Positions 1 through 9,840 of a DNA stretch of 64,000 nucleotides are shown here, in pieces; within the stretch, counting starts at the first letter, position 1; every line of letters begins with the position of its first letter. The notes under the pieces were generated by a model, which was not told where the DNA came from, did no database searches, and saw only the letters and a program-made list of their open reading frames with translations. The DNA lies in NCBI RefSeq assembly GCF_051859145.1, contig NZ_JBHYGF010000001.1, forward strand, positions 4,032 to 68,031. Reading direction: 5' to 3'. The DNA is from Dyadobacter sp. Its GTDB lineage: Bacteria; Bacteroidota; Bacteroidia; Cytophagales; Spirosomataceae. The translations under genes and the position numbers were made by a program.

Positions 1-1
1 G

Positions 2-277
2 TTTGTCAATGTCTGGCTGAAAACACAGCCTACGGCAAATGCATTGGTTGTTAAGGAATCGACACTTATTGAAGAGCAAGGCAATTTCTATGTCTACGTG
101 CAAACAGCGGGTGAATCTTTCCAAAAGCGCGAGGTGAAGACCGGCAAACGGGACGGTGAAAAAGTCCAGCTCCTTTCTGGCGTAAAGCCAGGTGAGCGGG
201 TTGTGACCAAAGGCGGCTACCAGATCCGGTTATCATCACTTTCAGGTGCCTTGCCAGCCCATGGGCATGAACATTAA
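2..277 (+). CDS. RND efflux periplasmic adaptor (CzcB/CusB-like), 5'-partial
   Basis: Frame is open from the window edge; C-terminal motif VEILSGV-like (VQLLSGVKPGERVVTKGGY) and His-rich tail PAHGHEH; lies directly upstream of an RND pump. Confidence 0.85.
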   Translation, partial: FVNVWLKTQPTANALVVKESTLIEEQGNFYVYVQTAGESFQKREVKTGKRDGEKVQLLSGVKPGERVVTKGGYQIRLSSLSGALPAHGHEH

Positions 278-289
278 GCCGGAAATATT

Positions 290-3200
290 ATGCTGAACAA
301 AATAATCCTTACAGCCCTGCAAAACCGGCTTGGTGTATTGGTTGGTGCTTTTTTGCTGCTGGTCGGCGGCTGGTATACGGCCACAACCACGGAAATCGAT
401 GTGTTTCCGGACCTAACAGCGCCAACTGTTGCCGTGCTCACAGAAGCGCATGGTATGGCACCCGAAGAAGTCGAGAGGCTGGTCACTTTTCCCATTGAAA
501 CTTCCGTGAACGGCGCTACCAGCGTCCGGCGCGTGCGGTCGTCTTCGTCTGCCGGAATCTCGATCGTATGGGTAGAATTTAACTGGGGGACTGATATCTT
601 CCGGGCCCGGCAAATTGTCAACGAAAAGCTTCAAACTATTGCCAGCCAGCTGCCGCAAGGGACAGGAGCGCCAACACTAGCGCCCCAATCTTCGATTATG
701 GGCGAGATTATGCTCATTGGCTTGACAGCCAAAAAGACGACAGCCATGGAGCTGCGCTCACTAGCCGACTGGACACTGCGCCCCAGGCTACTGGCGACAG
801 GAGGTGTCTCTCAGGTGGTGATCATCGGCGGCGATTACAAGCAGTACCAGCTGCTGTTAGACCCGTTGAAAATGAAGGCCCGCCAGGTGAGTTTGAACCA
901 GGTCATGGATGCAGCAACCAATGCAAGCCGAAATGCTGCCGGAGGTTTTCTTTCTCAATACAGTAATGAATACCTGGTGCGCGGAATGGGCAGGACAAAC
1001 GATACTATGCAGCTAGCCAGCGGGGTTGTCAAGACAAACCAGGGGCTTCCCGTGCTTTTATCTGACGTTGGTGACCTTACCGTCGGGGCTGCCCCCAAGA
1101 TCGGATCGGGATCTTTGAAAGGCGAGCCGGCCATTATCATGACCGTGATGAAGCAGCCCAATACCAACACTTTGGAGCTGACGGCACGCATCGATTCCGC
1201 AATCCAGGATTTGAAGAAGAACCTGCCTGCCGATGTAGAGATCAACACCCGGATTTTCCGGCAAGCTGATTTTATCACGGCGTCAATCGACAACATCCAG
1301 CGGACACTTTTGGAGGGCGCTATATTCGTGGTGATCATCCTTTTGCTATTTTTGATGAATGTGCGCATCACGGTGGTATCTTTGGTCGCGCTTCCTCTTT
1401 CCCTTCTGGTTTCCATTATCACGCTGCGCTGGCTAGGCTTTTCCATCAACACGATGACGCTTGGCGGCATGGCGATTGCGGTGGGTGATCTGGTAGATGA
1501 TGCCATCATTGATGTAGAAAATGTCTATCGAAGGCTCCGTGAAAATGTCCGCCTGCCAATTTCAGAGCGTGCGCCGGTGATTGACGTAATCTACCACGCT
1601 TCGGTTGAAATCCGTGCATCGGTGATCTCAGCAACATTTATTATTATCGCCGCTTTCCTTCCCTTGTTTTTCCTGGGTGGCATGGAAGGTAAACTACTCA
1701 TGCCGCTTGGCGTGTCTTTTGTTGTTTCGCTGCTTGCTTCACTTTTTATCGCCCTAACAGTCACCCCAGTTTTGTGCAGCTACTTACTGACCTCGGAGAA
1801 AATGCTCCAACGTCAATCGCACGATTCCTGGCTGGTGCAGCACCTGAACCGGTGGTACCAAAAAGCGCTTGACCACAGCTTGCCTTATGGGAAAGCCCTG
1901 TTAGGTTTTAGTGCCTTGCTGTTGATTGGCGCGTTGCTACTGCTTTCAACAATGGGTCGAAGCTTTTTGCCTGAATTCAATGAAGGATCTTTGGTTGTGA
2001 GCGCCGTGAGCTTGCCTGGAATCTCTCTGGAAGAATCTAACAAGATTGGATCATTGGTGGAAAAAACGCTGTTAACTGTCCCTGAGATCAGCATAACAAC
2101 CCGGAGAACGGGCAGGGCTGAACTCGACGAACATGCGCAAGGTGTTAATGCTGCTGAAATTGATGCGCCTTTTCTGCTCAAAGACCGTAGCCGGGAAGCC
2201 TTTATGGCCGATGTCAGAGAAAAGCTGGCGACCATTTCGGGTGTTAATATTACGATTGGTCAGCCACTTGGACACCGCATTGATCACATGCTTTCAGGAA
2301 CGAGGGCAAACCTGGCCATTAAAGTCTTTGGAACGGATCTGCCTCGCCTGTACAGCATCTCAAAAGAGATCAAAACGGCCATTGAAACCACGCCGGGGCT
2401 TGTCGATCTAAGCATTGAGCAGCAGGTCGATATCCCGCAGATCCAGATCAAACCTGACCGGCAAATGCTTGCCCGTTATGGGATCACGATGGGTGAATTC
2501 ACCGAATTTGTTGATGTGGCATTTGCGGGTGAAAAGGTGGCTGATGTTTTTGAAGAAAACCGCAGCTATGACCTGGTCGTCCGCTTTGACGAAAAAAGCC
2601 GTTCAAAAATAGAAGCATTGCAGAATGTAACGATTGACGGGGCCAACGGGCAAAAGATCCCGTTAGGCATGGTGGCAAAAGTGGTATCAACGAGCGGCCC
2701 TAACACGATCAACCGTGAGAATGTGCAGCGCCGGGTTGTGGTTTCTGCCAATGTTGCCGGCCGCGACCTTCGCAGTGTGGTGCAGGATGTGCAGAAAACA
2801 ATCAATTCCAATATCAAGCTACCCGAAGGCTACCGCCTGGAATATGGTGGACAGTTTGAAAGCGAAGCCGCTGCATCGACAACCATTGGCATTGCTTCCC
2901 TGCTTTCGCTTTTGATCATTTTTATGCTGCTGTTATCAGAGTTCCGCCAGGCGTCGCTTGCCGGGATTATTCTTTTGAACCTGCCGCTGGCATTGATCGG
3001 GGGCGTGATCAGTTTGGCGTTAAGTGGCAGTGTGATCAGTATACCTGCGTTGATTGGCTTTATTACGCTTTTCGGGATTGCAACGCGGAACGGGATCCTG
3101 TTGGTCTCGCATTACAGGACACTCGAATCCCAGGGCCACAACCTGCACGATACCGTTATTGCCGGGTCAGTGGACAGGCTAAGCCCCATCCTGATGACGG

Positions 3201-3391
3201 CTTTGACCGCCGGGCTTGCGCTGATCCCGCTGGCACTCGCTGGCGGCGAGCCAGGCAACGAAATCCAGAGCCCGATGGCCAAGGTGATTTTGGGCGGGCT
3301 TTTAAGCTCGACGCTTTTGAACCTGTTTATTGTGCCGGTGGTGTACCTGATGGTGCGCAAACGCCAAATCTTAAAGTCTTCAACGATATAG
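290..3391 (+). CDS. CusA/CzcA-family heavy-metal RND efflux transporter
   Basis: 1033 aa with DVFPDLT, GMAPEEVE, GDLVDDAIIDVEN, FLPEFNEG, GIATRNGILL and RLSPILMT motifs typical of HME-RND pumps. Confidence 0.95.
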   Translation: MLNKIILTALQNRLGVLVGAFLLLVGGWYTATTTEIDVFPDLTAPTVAVLTEAHGMAPEEVERLVTFPIETSVNGATSVRRVRSSSSAGISIVWVEFNWGTDIFRARQIVNEKLQTIASQLPQGTGAPTLAPQSSIMGEIMLIGLTAKKTTAMELRSLADWTLRPRLLATGGVSQVVIIGGDYKQYQLLLDPLKMKARQVSLNQVMDAATNASRNAAGGFLSQYSNEYLVRGMGRTNDTMQLASGVVKTNQGLPVLLSDVGDLTVGAAPKIGSGSLKGEPAIIMTVMKQPNTNTLELTARIDSAIQDLKKNLPADVEINTRIFRQADFITASIDNIQRTLLEGAIFVVIILLLFLMNVRITVVSLVALPLSLLVSIITLRWLGFSINTMTLGGMAIAVGDLVDDAIIDVENVYRRLRENVRLPISERAPVIDVIYHASVEIRASVISATFIIIAAFLPLFFLGGMEGKLLMPLGVSFVVSLLASLFIALTVTPVLCSYLLTSEKMLQRQSHDSWLVQHLNRWYQKALDHSLPYGKALLGFSALLLIGALLLLSTMGRSFLPEFNEGSLVVSAVSLPGISLEESNKIGSLVEKTLLTVPEISITTRRTGRAELDEHAQGVNAAEIDAPFLLKDRSREAFMADVREKLATISGVNITIGQPLGHRIDHMLSGTRANLAIKVFGTDLPRLYSISKEIKTAIETTPGLVDLSIEQQVDIPQIQIKPDRQMLARYGITMGEFTEFVDVAFAGEKVADVFEENRSYDLVVRFDEKSRSKIEALQNVTIDGANGQKIPLGMVAKVVSTSGPNTINRENVQRRVVVSANVAGRDLRSVVQDVQKTINSNIKLPEGYRLEYGGQFESEAAASTTIGIASLLSLLIIFMLLLSEFRQASLAGIILLNLPLALIGGVISLALSGSVISIPALIGFITLFGIATRNGILLVSHYRTLESQGHNLHDTVIAGSVDRLSPILMTALTAGLALIPLALAGGEPGNEIQSPMAKVILGGLLSSTLLNLFIVPVVYLMVRKRQILKSSTI

Positions 3392-3396
3392 ACGAT

Positions 3397-4587
3397 ATGA
3401 AACCATTAAGTTCTATTGTGCTGATCAGCATTTTCTTATCTGCGTCGCTGACGGCAGCCGCCCAGGGCAGTATTGAAACGGTACTACAATCTGTCGGCCA
3501 AAACAACAAAACCATCCTTGCCCAGCGTGACTATGAAGCTGCGCGCAAAATCGAAAGTAAAACAGGCCTTAACCCGGAAAATCCTTTTGTAGAATATGAC
3601 CGGCTTCCGGGACGCCCCGAGGGCGCAGGGGTGCAGCAGGAATTCAGCGTCACCCAGCAGCTGGACTTTCCAACGGCTTACGCCCGTAAGCGCAGGGTTG
3701 CCCGGCAGATCACGTCTCAAAGTGAAACAGATTCCAGGGTTGTTCGCCAGGATATTTTAGCTGATGCAAAAAAGGTCTGCGTTCAAATTATTTATCATAA
3801 CAAAAGGCAGGTCGAGTTGGCTAAAAGGGCCCAGAGGGCGCAGCGCTTGGTGGATGATATTGCCCAGAAACTAAAATTGAGCGCAGCCACTGCCCTGGAT
3901 TTAAACAAGGCCGCCTTGCAAAAGCTTGATGCTGAAAACCAGTTACGGCTCAATGGCAGCCTGCTTCGCCAGCAGCTACAAAAGTTAGCCGAGTTAAATG
4001 GGGGGAACCCCGTGCAGCTGCCGGACACGGTATATCCTGAGCTTCCAGAACTAGCGAGCCTGCCCGTATTGGACAGCCTGATCGAAGCTGCCGATCCAGG
4101 CCTTCTTTCTTTGAAACAGCAGATCCAAATCGATCAGGCCCGACTAGCGCTGAGCCGCTCGCTGACACTTCCCAAATTCCAGGTGGGTTATCATTACCAG
4201 AGCATTTTAGGCCAGCGCTACCAGGGTTTCCACTTCGGGCTGTCTCTTCCTTTATGGGGGCAGGCCAATACCGTAAAGCTTGGGCAGGCGAACCAGCTTT
4301 CGAGCGCTTCCCGTTTGTCGGCAGAGCGCGGCCAGCATTACTCCTGGATTGTACAGCTTTATGAGCTCTACCAGGTTCAAAAGCAAGGTCTTGACCAATA
4401 CCGCATCTCGCTTGAAGGGCTTGAAACGATTCCACTGCTGGATACGGCTTTAAAGTTATCACAGATCACGGCCATTGAATATGTGCTGGAAACAACATAC
4501 CTGTATGCTGCCAGTGATACTTTGGCCGAGCTTGAACGGGATTTACAACTGACGGCAACAGACTTGTACAAGTACCAACTAAACTAA
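3397..4587 (+). CDS. TolC-family outer membrane efflux protein
   Basis: Signal peptide, helical OEP-like repeats, GLSLPLW motif, position in an RND operon. Confidence 0.85.
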   Translation: MKPLSSIVLISIFLSASLTAAAQGSIETVLQSVGQNNKTILAQRDYEAARKIESKTGLNPENPFVEYDRLPGRPEGAGVQQEFSVTQQLDFPTAYARKRRVARQITSQSETDSRVVRQDILADAKKVCVQIIYHNKRQVELAKRAQRAQRLVDDIAQKLKLSAATALDLNKAALQKLDAENQLRLNGSLLRQQLQKLAELNGGNPVQLPDTVYPELPELASLPVLDSLIEAADPGLLSLKQQIQIDQARLALSRSLTLPKFQVGYHYQSILGQRYQGFHFGLSLPLWGQANTVKLGQANQLSSASRLSAERGQHYSWIVQLYELYQVQKQGLDQYRISLEGLETIPLLDTALKLSQITAIEYVLETTYLYAASDTLAELERDLQLTATDLYKYQLN

Positions 4588-4588
4588 T

Positions 4589-5812
4589 ATGTCCCTGCTT
4601 TCAAGTGTTACGGCACCTTTTGGCTCGCTAAAAAACCAGGTATTTGCCAAGATATACTTTGCCCAGACGATCAGCCTGTTGGGGGATGCCTTTACCTGGG
4701 TGGGCATCGCGCTGATATCCTATCAGTTTGGACAGGAGCATTCTGCAAAGGTCCTTTCGCTCGCGCTGACCATGCGGGTCACTGCCTTCATTTTGTTTTC
4801 TCCATTTGCAGGCGTGTTGGCAGATTTTGTGGACCGGAAAAAGGTGCTTTACGTGACCCACTTCGCACGGATGTGTATTGTTGGCTGCATGCCCTTCGTG
4901 CAAACCGAGTGGCAAATTTACCTGCTCGTTTTTCTTTTAAACGTCTTCAATGCTTTTTTCACACCTACCTATCGCTCAGTCATTGCCCAGGTTTTAAAAG
5001 CGGGCTATTACCGGGAAGGTATTGCTTTGTCCAGTGCAACTGATCAGCTTCTAAGTGTATTGGGGCCAGGCATAGCAGGGATACTGGCCGTGTGGCTTGG
5101 GGCCAGGGACATCTTTTTTGTGGATGCAGCAACCTTTATTGTGGCCGGTATTTTAATCATCCTTTTACCGGCTACTGCCATAGCCCACGTTCCCTCAGAA
5201 GCAAATGGGCAGAAAACAAGTGCCGCCCGGATCTGGAAGGATGTTATCAAAGGGACGACATTACTTTTCAAACCGGTCACTATCCGCTTTTCACTGCTGA
5301 TCGAATTTGTCTCAGCCATAGCCGGGGCTATGATCCTGGTCAATACGGTCGGGCACATTAAGGATGGGCTGGGGCTGGCCGACAACTATTATGGCTGGGT
5401 GATGTCCGCCTTTGGGATCGGGGCGACCATAGCCGCATTTCTCTCGGCCAGTATTGACAAGACGCCAAGCAAACGTAAGTCATTGACCATTGGTGTTTTC
5501 ATTCTGGCTGCGGCAGTAGCCTTCGCCAGCCTGGCATCGTTCCCGGTTTTACTTGTGCTCTGGCTACTAGCTGGCCTGGGGCAAAGCCTGGCCGAGATAC
5601 CCTCTGAGATCCTGATCGGGGAACAGATCCAATCAGAGCAGCAAGGAAAAGTATATGGGGCGCACTTTGCCTGGTCACATTTGTGGTGGGCGGTCGCTTA
5701 CCCGGTAGCAGGCTTTTTAGGTACAAAGTCCCCCGACCATGATTTTATGATCGGGGGACTTATCGCGCTGCTTTTAGCAGCCATCGTTACATTGTTTTTT
5801 CGTCCGAAATGA
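4589..5812 (+). CDS. MFS transporter, NreB/NrsD-like (putative Ni/Co export)
   Basis: About 12 hydrophobic segments, AGVLADFVDRKK MFS loop motif, AHFAWSHLWW resembling the NreB AQFALSH motif; starts 1 nt after tolC. Confidence 0.75.
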   Translation: MSLLSSVTAPFGSLKNQVFAKIYFAQTISLLGDAFTWVGIALISYQFGQEHSAKVLSLALTMRVTAFILFSPFAGVLADFVDRKKVLYVTHFARMCIVGCMPFVQTEWQIYLLVFLLNVFNAFFTPTYRSVIAQVLKAGYYREGIALSSATDQLLSVLGPGIAGILAVWLGARDIFFVDAATFIVAGILIILLPATAIAHVPSEANGQKTSAARIWKDVIKGTTLLFKPVTIRFSLLIEFVSAIAGAMILVNTVGHIKDGLGLADNYYGWVMSAFGIGATIAAFLSASIDKTPSKRKSLTIGVFILAAAVAFASLASFPVLLVLWLLAGLGQSLAEIPSEILIGEQIQSEQQGKVYGAHFAWSHLWWAVAYPVAGFLGTKSPDHDFMIGGLIALLLAAIVTLFFRPK

Positions 5813-5940
5813 AAAATTCACTGCTTTCGGGCCTGATGTCCAGGTTGTGAAACATAAAACCCCTTAACACATTATTGCTGTTGAAATGGTTATATACCCC
5901 ACGTGTAAATTGAGCCGTTTGTAAACTGGTAACCAACACC

Positions 5941-6285
5941 CTATCCATAATCTAGGTCGGCGACCGGATAGATAACTACTGCGCCTGCTTTTACAGCGAG
6001 TGCAAATAACTGGTCAGGATCTTCCACATGCAATCCGGTGCGCACAGGTGTGCCATGTAATTTTTTAGGGCTGAAATGACTATGTTCTTCTGACTCATCG
6101 GAAACCACAAACCCAGCGCCCATCATCTCCATTTCGACAACTACTGATCCATCCGGATCTATGTTGGATTTAAGGACAGTGGCACCGAATGCCTGCTGAT
6201 AGAATACAATGGCATCCCGACCATTTCTGACTGTCAGTGTGGGGGCAATAACTGACAGATGGGAATCATGTTAATCTGAATTCAT
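5941..6285 (-). pseudogene. VOC/PhnB-like glyoxalase pseudogene
   Basis: ATG at 6285 followed by in-frame TAA at codon 5 (6271-6273); the frame continues IAPTLTVRNGRDAIVFYQQAFGA and stops at DYG* before the usual G..DPFG..W end. Confidence 0.7.
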
Positions 6286-6577
6286 GATCTCTTGTTGCTT
6301 AAATAGTATGCTAGAAAGTTTGAAAAGAATAAACGTCATATATAAATCAGACAAGTGTATTCCGGGTCAATGCCGGACGACAAATTATTTTCATCTTGTA
6401 ACCGCTTGGAGCTGTTTAAAAATTCGGTGGTTTTTATGTACTCTCAAGGCCATATGATTTTCTTCCCATTTGGTTCCTAAAAGAGCTGTTTTCTACACTT
6501 TCAAATTACAGATTAGTGGTACACCAAAACAAATTACTGTATATTGCCAACTGGCACGTTAAACTGTACTATTTGGA

Positions 6578-7192
6578 ATGGTGATTGGATACATACGGGT
6601 TTCGAAGACTGAGCAGAACCAGGATCTGCAATTCGATTCTCTCAAGAAAGCAGGTTGCGAGAAGATTTATCATGAAAAGATATCTGGGGCATCTATGCAA
6701 AGGCCGGAATATATAAGGATGATTTCGGAGCTTCGAAAAGGGGATGTTATAGTTGTCTGGAGAATCGACCGGCTGGGTAGGACAACTTATGAGTTGATCA
6801 AGCTTATGGTTGAGTGGAAAGAAATGGGAGTGGACTTCCGGAGTATTTCCGAGGGGATTGACACTTCTACCAAAATGGGCCGTCTTTGGTATATGCTCAG
6901 TTCGGTGTTTGCGGAAAACGAAAGAGAGATATTGATGGAGCGGACTCTTGCTGGCATGGAGGCTGCTAGGGCACGCGGCAGAGTAGGAGGACGGCCAAAA
7001 GGATTGACCAAAAAGTCGAAGGAATTGGCGGGTTTAGCAGCAACTTTATATAATAGTAAAAAATACACGACAAACCAGATCTGCGAGCAGCTGAAAATTG
7101 GAAGTAAAGCAACGCTTTACAATTATCTGAGGCATGAAGGTATTGAGATCGAAGGTTGGTCTAGAATAAAATCAGAAGTCACTAATAGTTAA
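6578..7192 (+). CDS. Serine recombinase (resolvase/invertase) with C-terminal HTH
   Basis: GYIRVSK catalytic Ser motif, VWRIDRLGR, ERTLAGMEAARARGRVGGRP. Confidence 0.95.
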   Translation: MVIGYIRVSKTEQNQDLQFDSLKKAGCEKIYHEKISGASMQRPEYIRMISELRKGDVIVVWRIDRLGRTTYELIKLMVEWKEMGVDFRSISEGIDTSTKMGRLWYMLSSVFAENEREILMERTLAGMEAARARGRVGGRPKGLTKKSKELAGLAATLYNSKKYTTNQICEQLKIGSKATLYNYLRHEGIEIEGWSRIKSEVTNS

Positions 7193-7373
7193 AATTCTAT
7201 CGGTTGGCTTTTCCAGAAAGAGAAAATAAGGTTTAAGAAGCGGATTTCTTTTACAGCAGACCGATGAGTGTAGATGTGACGGCACCTTTAAATATCTAAC
7301 TGTAAAATCAGCTTAAATTGTAAAAACTAAGTTTTTTTACAGCTTACCGGCTTATAATTGCTAATAAATTTAA

Positions 7374-8765
7374 ATGGCTAAGTATCAACCTGAAAGAATA
7401 TATCATGGTATTGTGAAGACCTATTTTTCCCAGCCCGGGAAGGAATTTGGATATTTAATCAATTCTGAGCTTGGAGCAATTCGATTTTATAGTAATGGAT
7501 TTAAGCCGTTAAGGAATGAGATAAACATAGGTGAGGTTTTGCAGTTTAATTTAATAGGATCAAAGAACTACCCCGGCAAAGTAATAGCTACAAACATTAC
7601 CATTTTAAAGCCGTCACTACGAAGAGATATTCTGAAAATTAATAGGGTCGACAGTGAAGAAAGATTCACAGCTTTGTGTCTAATACTGGATAAGGGGAAG
7701 AATAGCAGTGAGTACATTGAAAATGCTTCCTTAGCTTATCAAATCTCAACTCCCCTCTATAAACTTCGGTTATGGATACGAAAGTATACACCAGAATTTG
7801 ATTTTGATCTTTTCAAAAAGTATCATTTTCGACTGCAAAGGCAGGAAGCGGAGGCGTTTAAGCAATACGTGAAGGAGACTATCAAGTCCACGAAACGAGG
7901 AGATTTTAGACGTCTGGCAAAAAGCAACCTGATACAGTCCGATGGAGAAATAAGGGTATTTGAAACATCATGGCGTGACATTGGTTTCGAAAACGGAAAA
8001 ATATTCATCGACGTTGGCACTACTGAAAGCCAATTGCTAAGTTTTCCATGGTATTTTTCAAAAGACGATTTCAATTTAATTGTGACCGGCTACATTACCA
8101 AACGTGATCTAAAAAGTATTAAATCCAGAGTAAATGGAAATAGTATTTTGAAAATTGAAGGTCTGGAGCAGTTACAGGATGCTATTAAAACTATTGGAAG
8201 AGCTCGTGCAAAAAAAACTATTGATGAGCTAATAAAAGAAGGCTGGGAGCCCAGGAAAATTAGGGAACATCCGGACTTCATTACACTGGGAAATGAAGAT
8301 CTTTTAAGATTATTTGGGAACCATGCCTGTATTGATTACCTACAAAAAATTCAATCAACCAGTCTGGATATGCCTTTAATTTATGTAGTTGAAAAAAAGC
8401 CGACTGAGCTTGGCGGGATTACTCATGAAAGCTCTTACCTTTTCTCCATCTTACTTCAAAATAATCGAGTTGCAATAATTTGGGAAAGTGTCAAACTTGA
8501 CAGAGCCACTCAGATTTTTGAATGTGAGCGAGAAGCCTATTTTAGGGTACTTAACGCAATTGACGATTTCCTATCTTCTTTTGAAACAAAAAAACGTTCG
8601 CTGCTTAGAGCAAATACAATAGAAGGTCGAACATTAAGAGAGAGCTTGTGTTATAAAGCATCTGTTGAGCATACGCAATATGTCTTTGAGAAATGGCTGC
8701 GCAATTTGCAAAATGTGGTTGGAGGGCTACCAGAGCCAAATCCAGTTCATTCATTAAAAGAATGA
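7374..8765 (+). CDS. Hypothetical protein with N-terminal cold-shock/OB-fold-like domain
   Basis: 463-aa ORF; N-terminus GIVKTY..GKEFGYL..IGEVLQFNL resembles the CSD beta-strand pattern; remainder not recognised. Confidence 0.6.
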   Translation: MAKYQPERIYHGIVKTYFSQPGKEFGYLINSELGAIRFYSNGFKPLRNEINIGEVLQFNLIGSKNYPGKVIATNITILKPSLRRDILKINRVDSEERFTALCLILDKGKNSSEYIENASLAYQISTPLYKLRLWIRKYTPEFDFDLFKKYHFRLQRQEAEAFKQYVKETIKSTKRGDFRRLAKSNLIQSDGEIRVFETSWRDIGFENGKIFIDVGTTESQLLSFPWYFSKDDFNLIVTGYITKRDLKSIKSRVNGNSILKIEGLEQLQDAIKTIGRARAKKTIDELIKEGWEPRKIREHPDFITLGNEDLLRLFGNHACIDYLQKIQSTSLDMPLIYVVEKKPTELGGITHESSYLFSILLQNNRVAIIWESVKLDRATQIFECEREAYFRVLNAIDDFLSSFETKKRSLLRANTIEGRTLRESLCYKASVEHTQYVFEKWLRNLQNVVGGLPEPNPVHSLKE

Positions 8766-8789
8766 AAATTGCTAGTTTACCGAATGATT

Positions 8790-9026
8790 TTAACCTTCCA
8801 GAATCTGCCTTTTAATAATTTCAATTCCTTCTTCCTTCGATACAATTGCGCCAAATTCTGATATGGAGACTGAATCCATATAAATTCCATTTGGATCATT
8901 CCATTGGAGCCAATTAATTATTTCTTCCCGACTCGATAGTTCTAAAAAATTATGAAGGTCGCCGGGTGGAAGGTCCATAATCTCGTGGTAGTCGAGGCCT
9001 AGTGAGAAGTAAGGATTCATTTTCAT
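8790..9026 (-). CDS. Small hypothetical protein
   Basis: 78-aa ORF with protein-like composition (WLQWNDPNGIY) filling the gap between genes. Confidence 0.55.
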   Translation of the reverse strand: MKMNPYFSLGLDYHEIMDLPPGDLHNFLELSSREEIINWLQWNDPNGIYMDSVSISEFGAIVSKEEGIEIIKRQILEG

Positions 9027-9151
9027 TAGTTCAAGCTCTAATAATAATATGTAAATATAATAAATTATAATATATTAAATTACAAAAATTTCATATATTA
9101 TGTTGATTTATGGTATCTTCATGATTACAATCTTCCAGGTTTATATAATAT

Positions 9152-9361
9152 ATGAACAGAATTAAAGAAATTTTAGAAATTCAAGGAAGGAAACAGACCT
9201 GGCTCGCAGGAAAAATTGGCAAAAGCTACGTAGTGGTAACAAACTATTGCAATAACAAAGCCCAACCGAGCGTGGAAGTGCTGAGAGATATTGCTGAGGT
9301 GTTGGACGTAGATATTCGTGAACTTTTGGTTTCAACAAAAATATATAGTAATCGTGGCTGA
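9152..9361 (+). CDS. XRE-family HTH regulator (controller-protein-like)
   Basis: MNRIKEIL..QTWLAGKIGKSYVVVTNYCNNKAQPSVEVL is an HTH_3 pattern; heads an RM-like operon. Confidence 0.9.
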   Translation: MNRIKEILEIQGRKQTWLAGKIGKSYVVVTNYCNNKAQPSVEVLRDIAEVLDVDIRELLVSTKIYSNRG

Positions 9362-9776
9362 TGTTCATTCGAAAGAGGTTAGAAGCTACAATATGTCTAG
9401 GATTCGGAGCAAGAATACAAAGCCTGAAGTGCTTGTTAGAAAGCGTTTATTTTCAAGGGGCTTCCGCTATCGACTTCATGATAAGAAATTTCCCGGTAAG
9501 CCTGATATCATTCTCACCCGATACAAGACTGTCATTTTCGTAAACGGTTGTTTTTGGCATGGCCATCAGGGTTGCAAATATTTTATCATCCCTAAGACCA
9601 GAACAGAATGGTGGACGTCTAAGATCTTGTCAACCAGCTTGAATGACTTAAAGGTCATGGAGCTGATAAGGCTTAAAGGGTGGCAGGTTCTTACAATTTG
9701 GGAATGTCAGCTTAAGAAAAACCTAATAGAAGAAACTATGGAAGAATTAGTTTCATCTATTAGGGAGAATATTTAG
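9354..9776 (+). CDS. vsr: Very short patch repair endonuclease
   Basis: GTG start at 9354 gives MADVHSKEVRSYNMSRIRSKNTKPE; PGKPDI, FVNGCFWHGH and WEC motifs. Confidence 0.95.
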   Translation: MADVHSKEVRSYNMSRIRSKNTKPEVLVRKRLFSRGFRYRLHDKKFPGKPDIILTRYKTVIFVNGCFWHGHQGCKYFIIPKTRTEWWTSKILSTSLNDLKVMELIRLKGWQVLTIWECQLKKNLIEETMEELVSSIRENI

Positions 9777-9840
9777 AAATATGTTATTAGCGAAGGATTT
9801 ATATAAAATATATATATTGTAATAAAATTTATTTTGATTA

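Noticed and set aside
274-5726. Many antisense and alternate-frame ORFs over the efflux operon (e.g. 955-1509, 3950-4462)
   Set aside because: Shadow ORFs of GC-richer genes with no motifs; the same applies to those over ligD, tnpA and tra genes
9030-9151. C-box operator upstream of the XRE gene
   Set aside because: The region is extremely AT-rich; only short ATCTT repeats are visible, not distinguishable from chance
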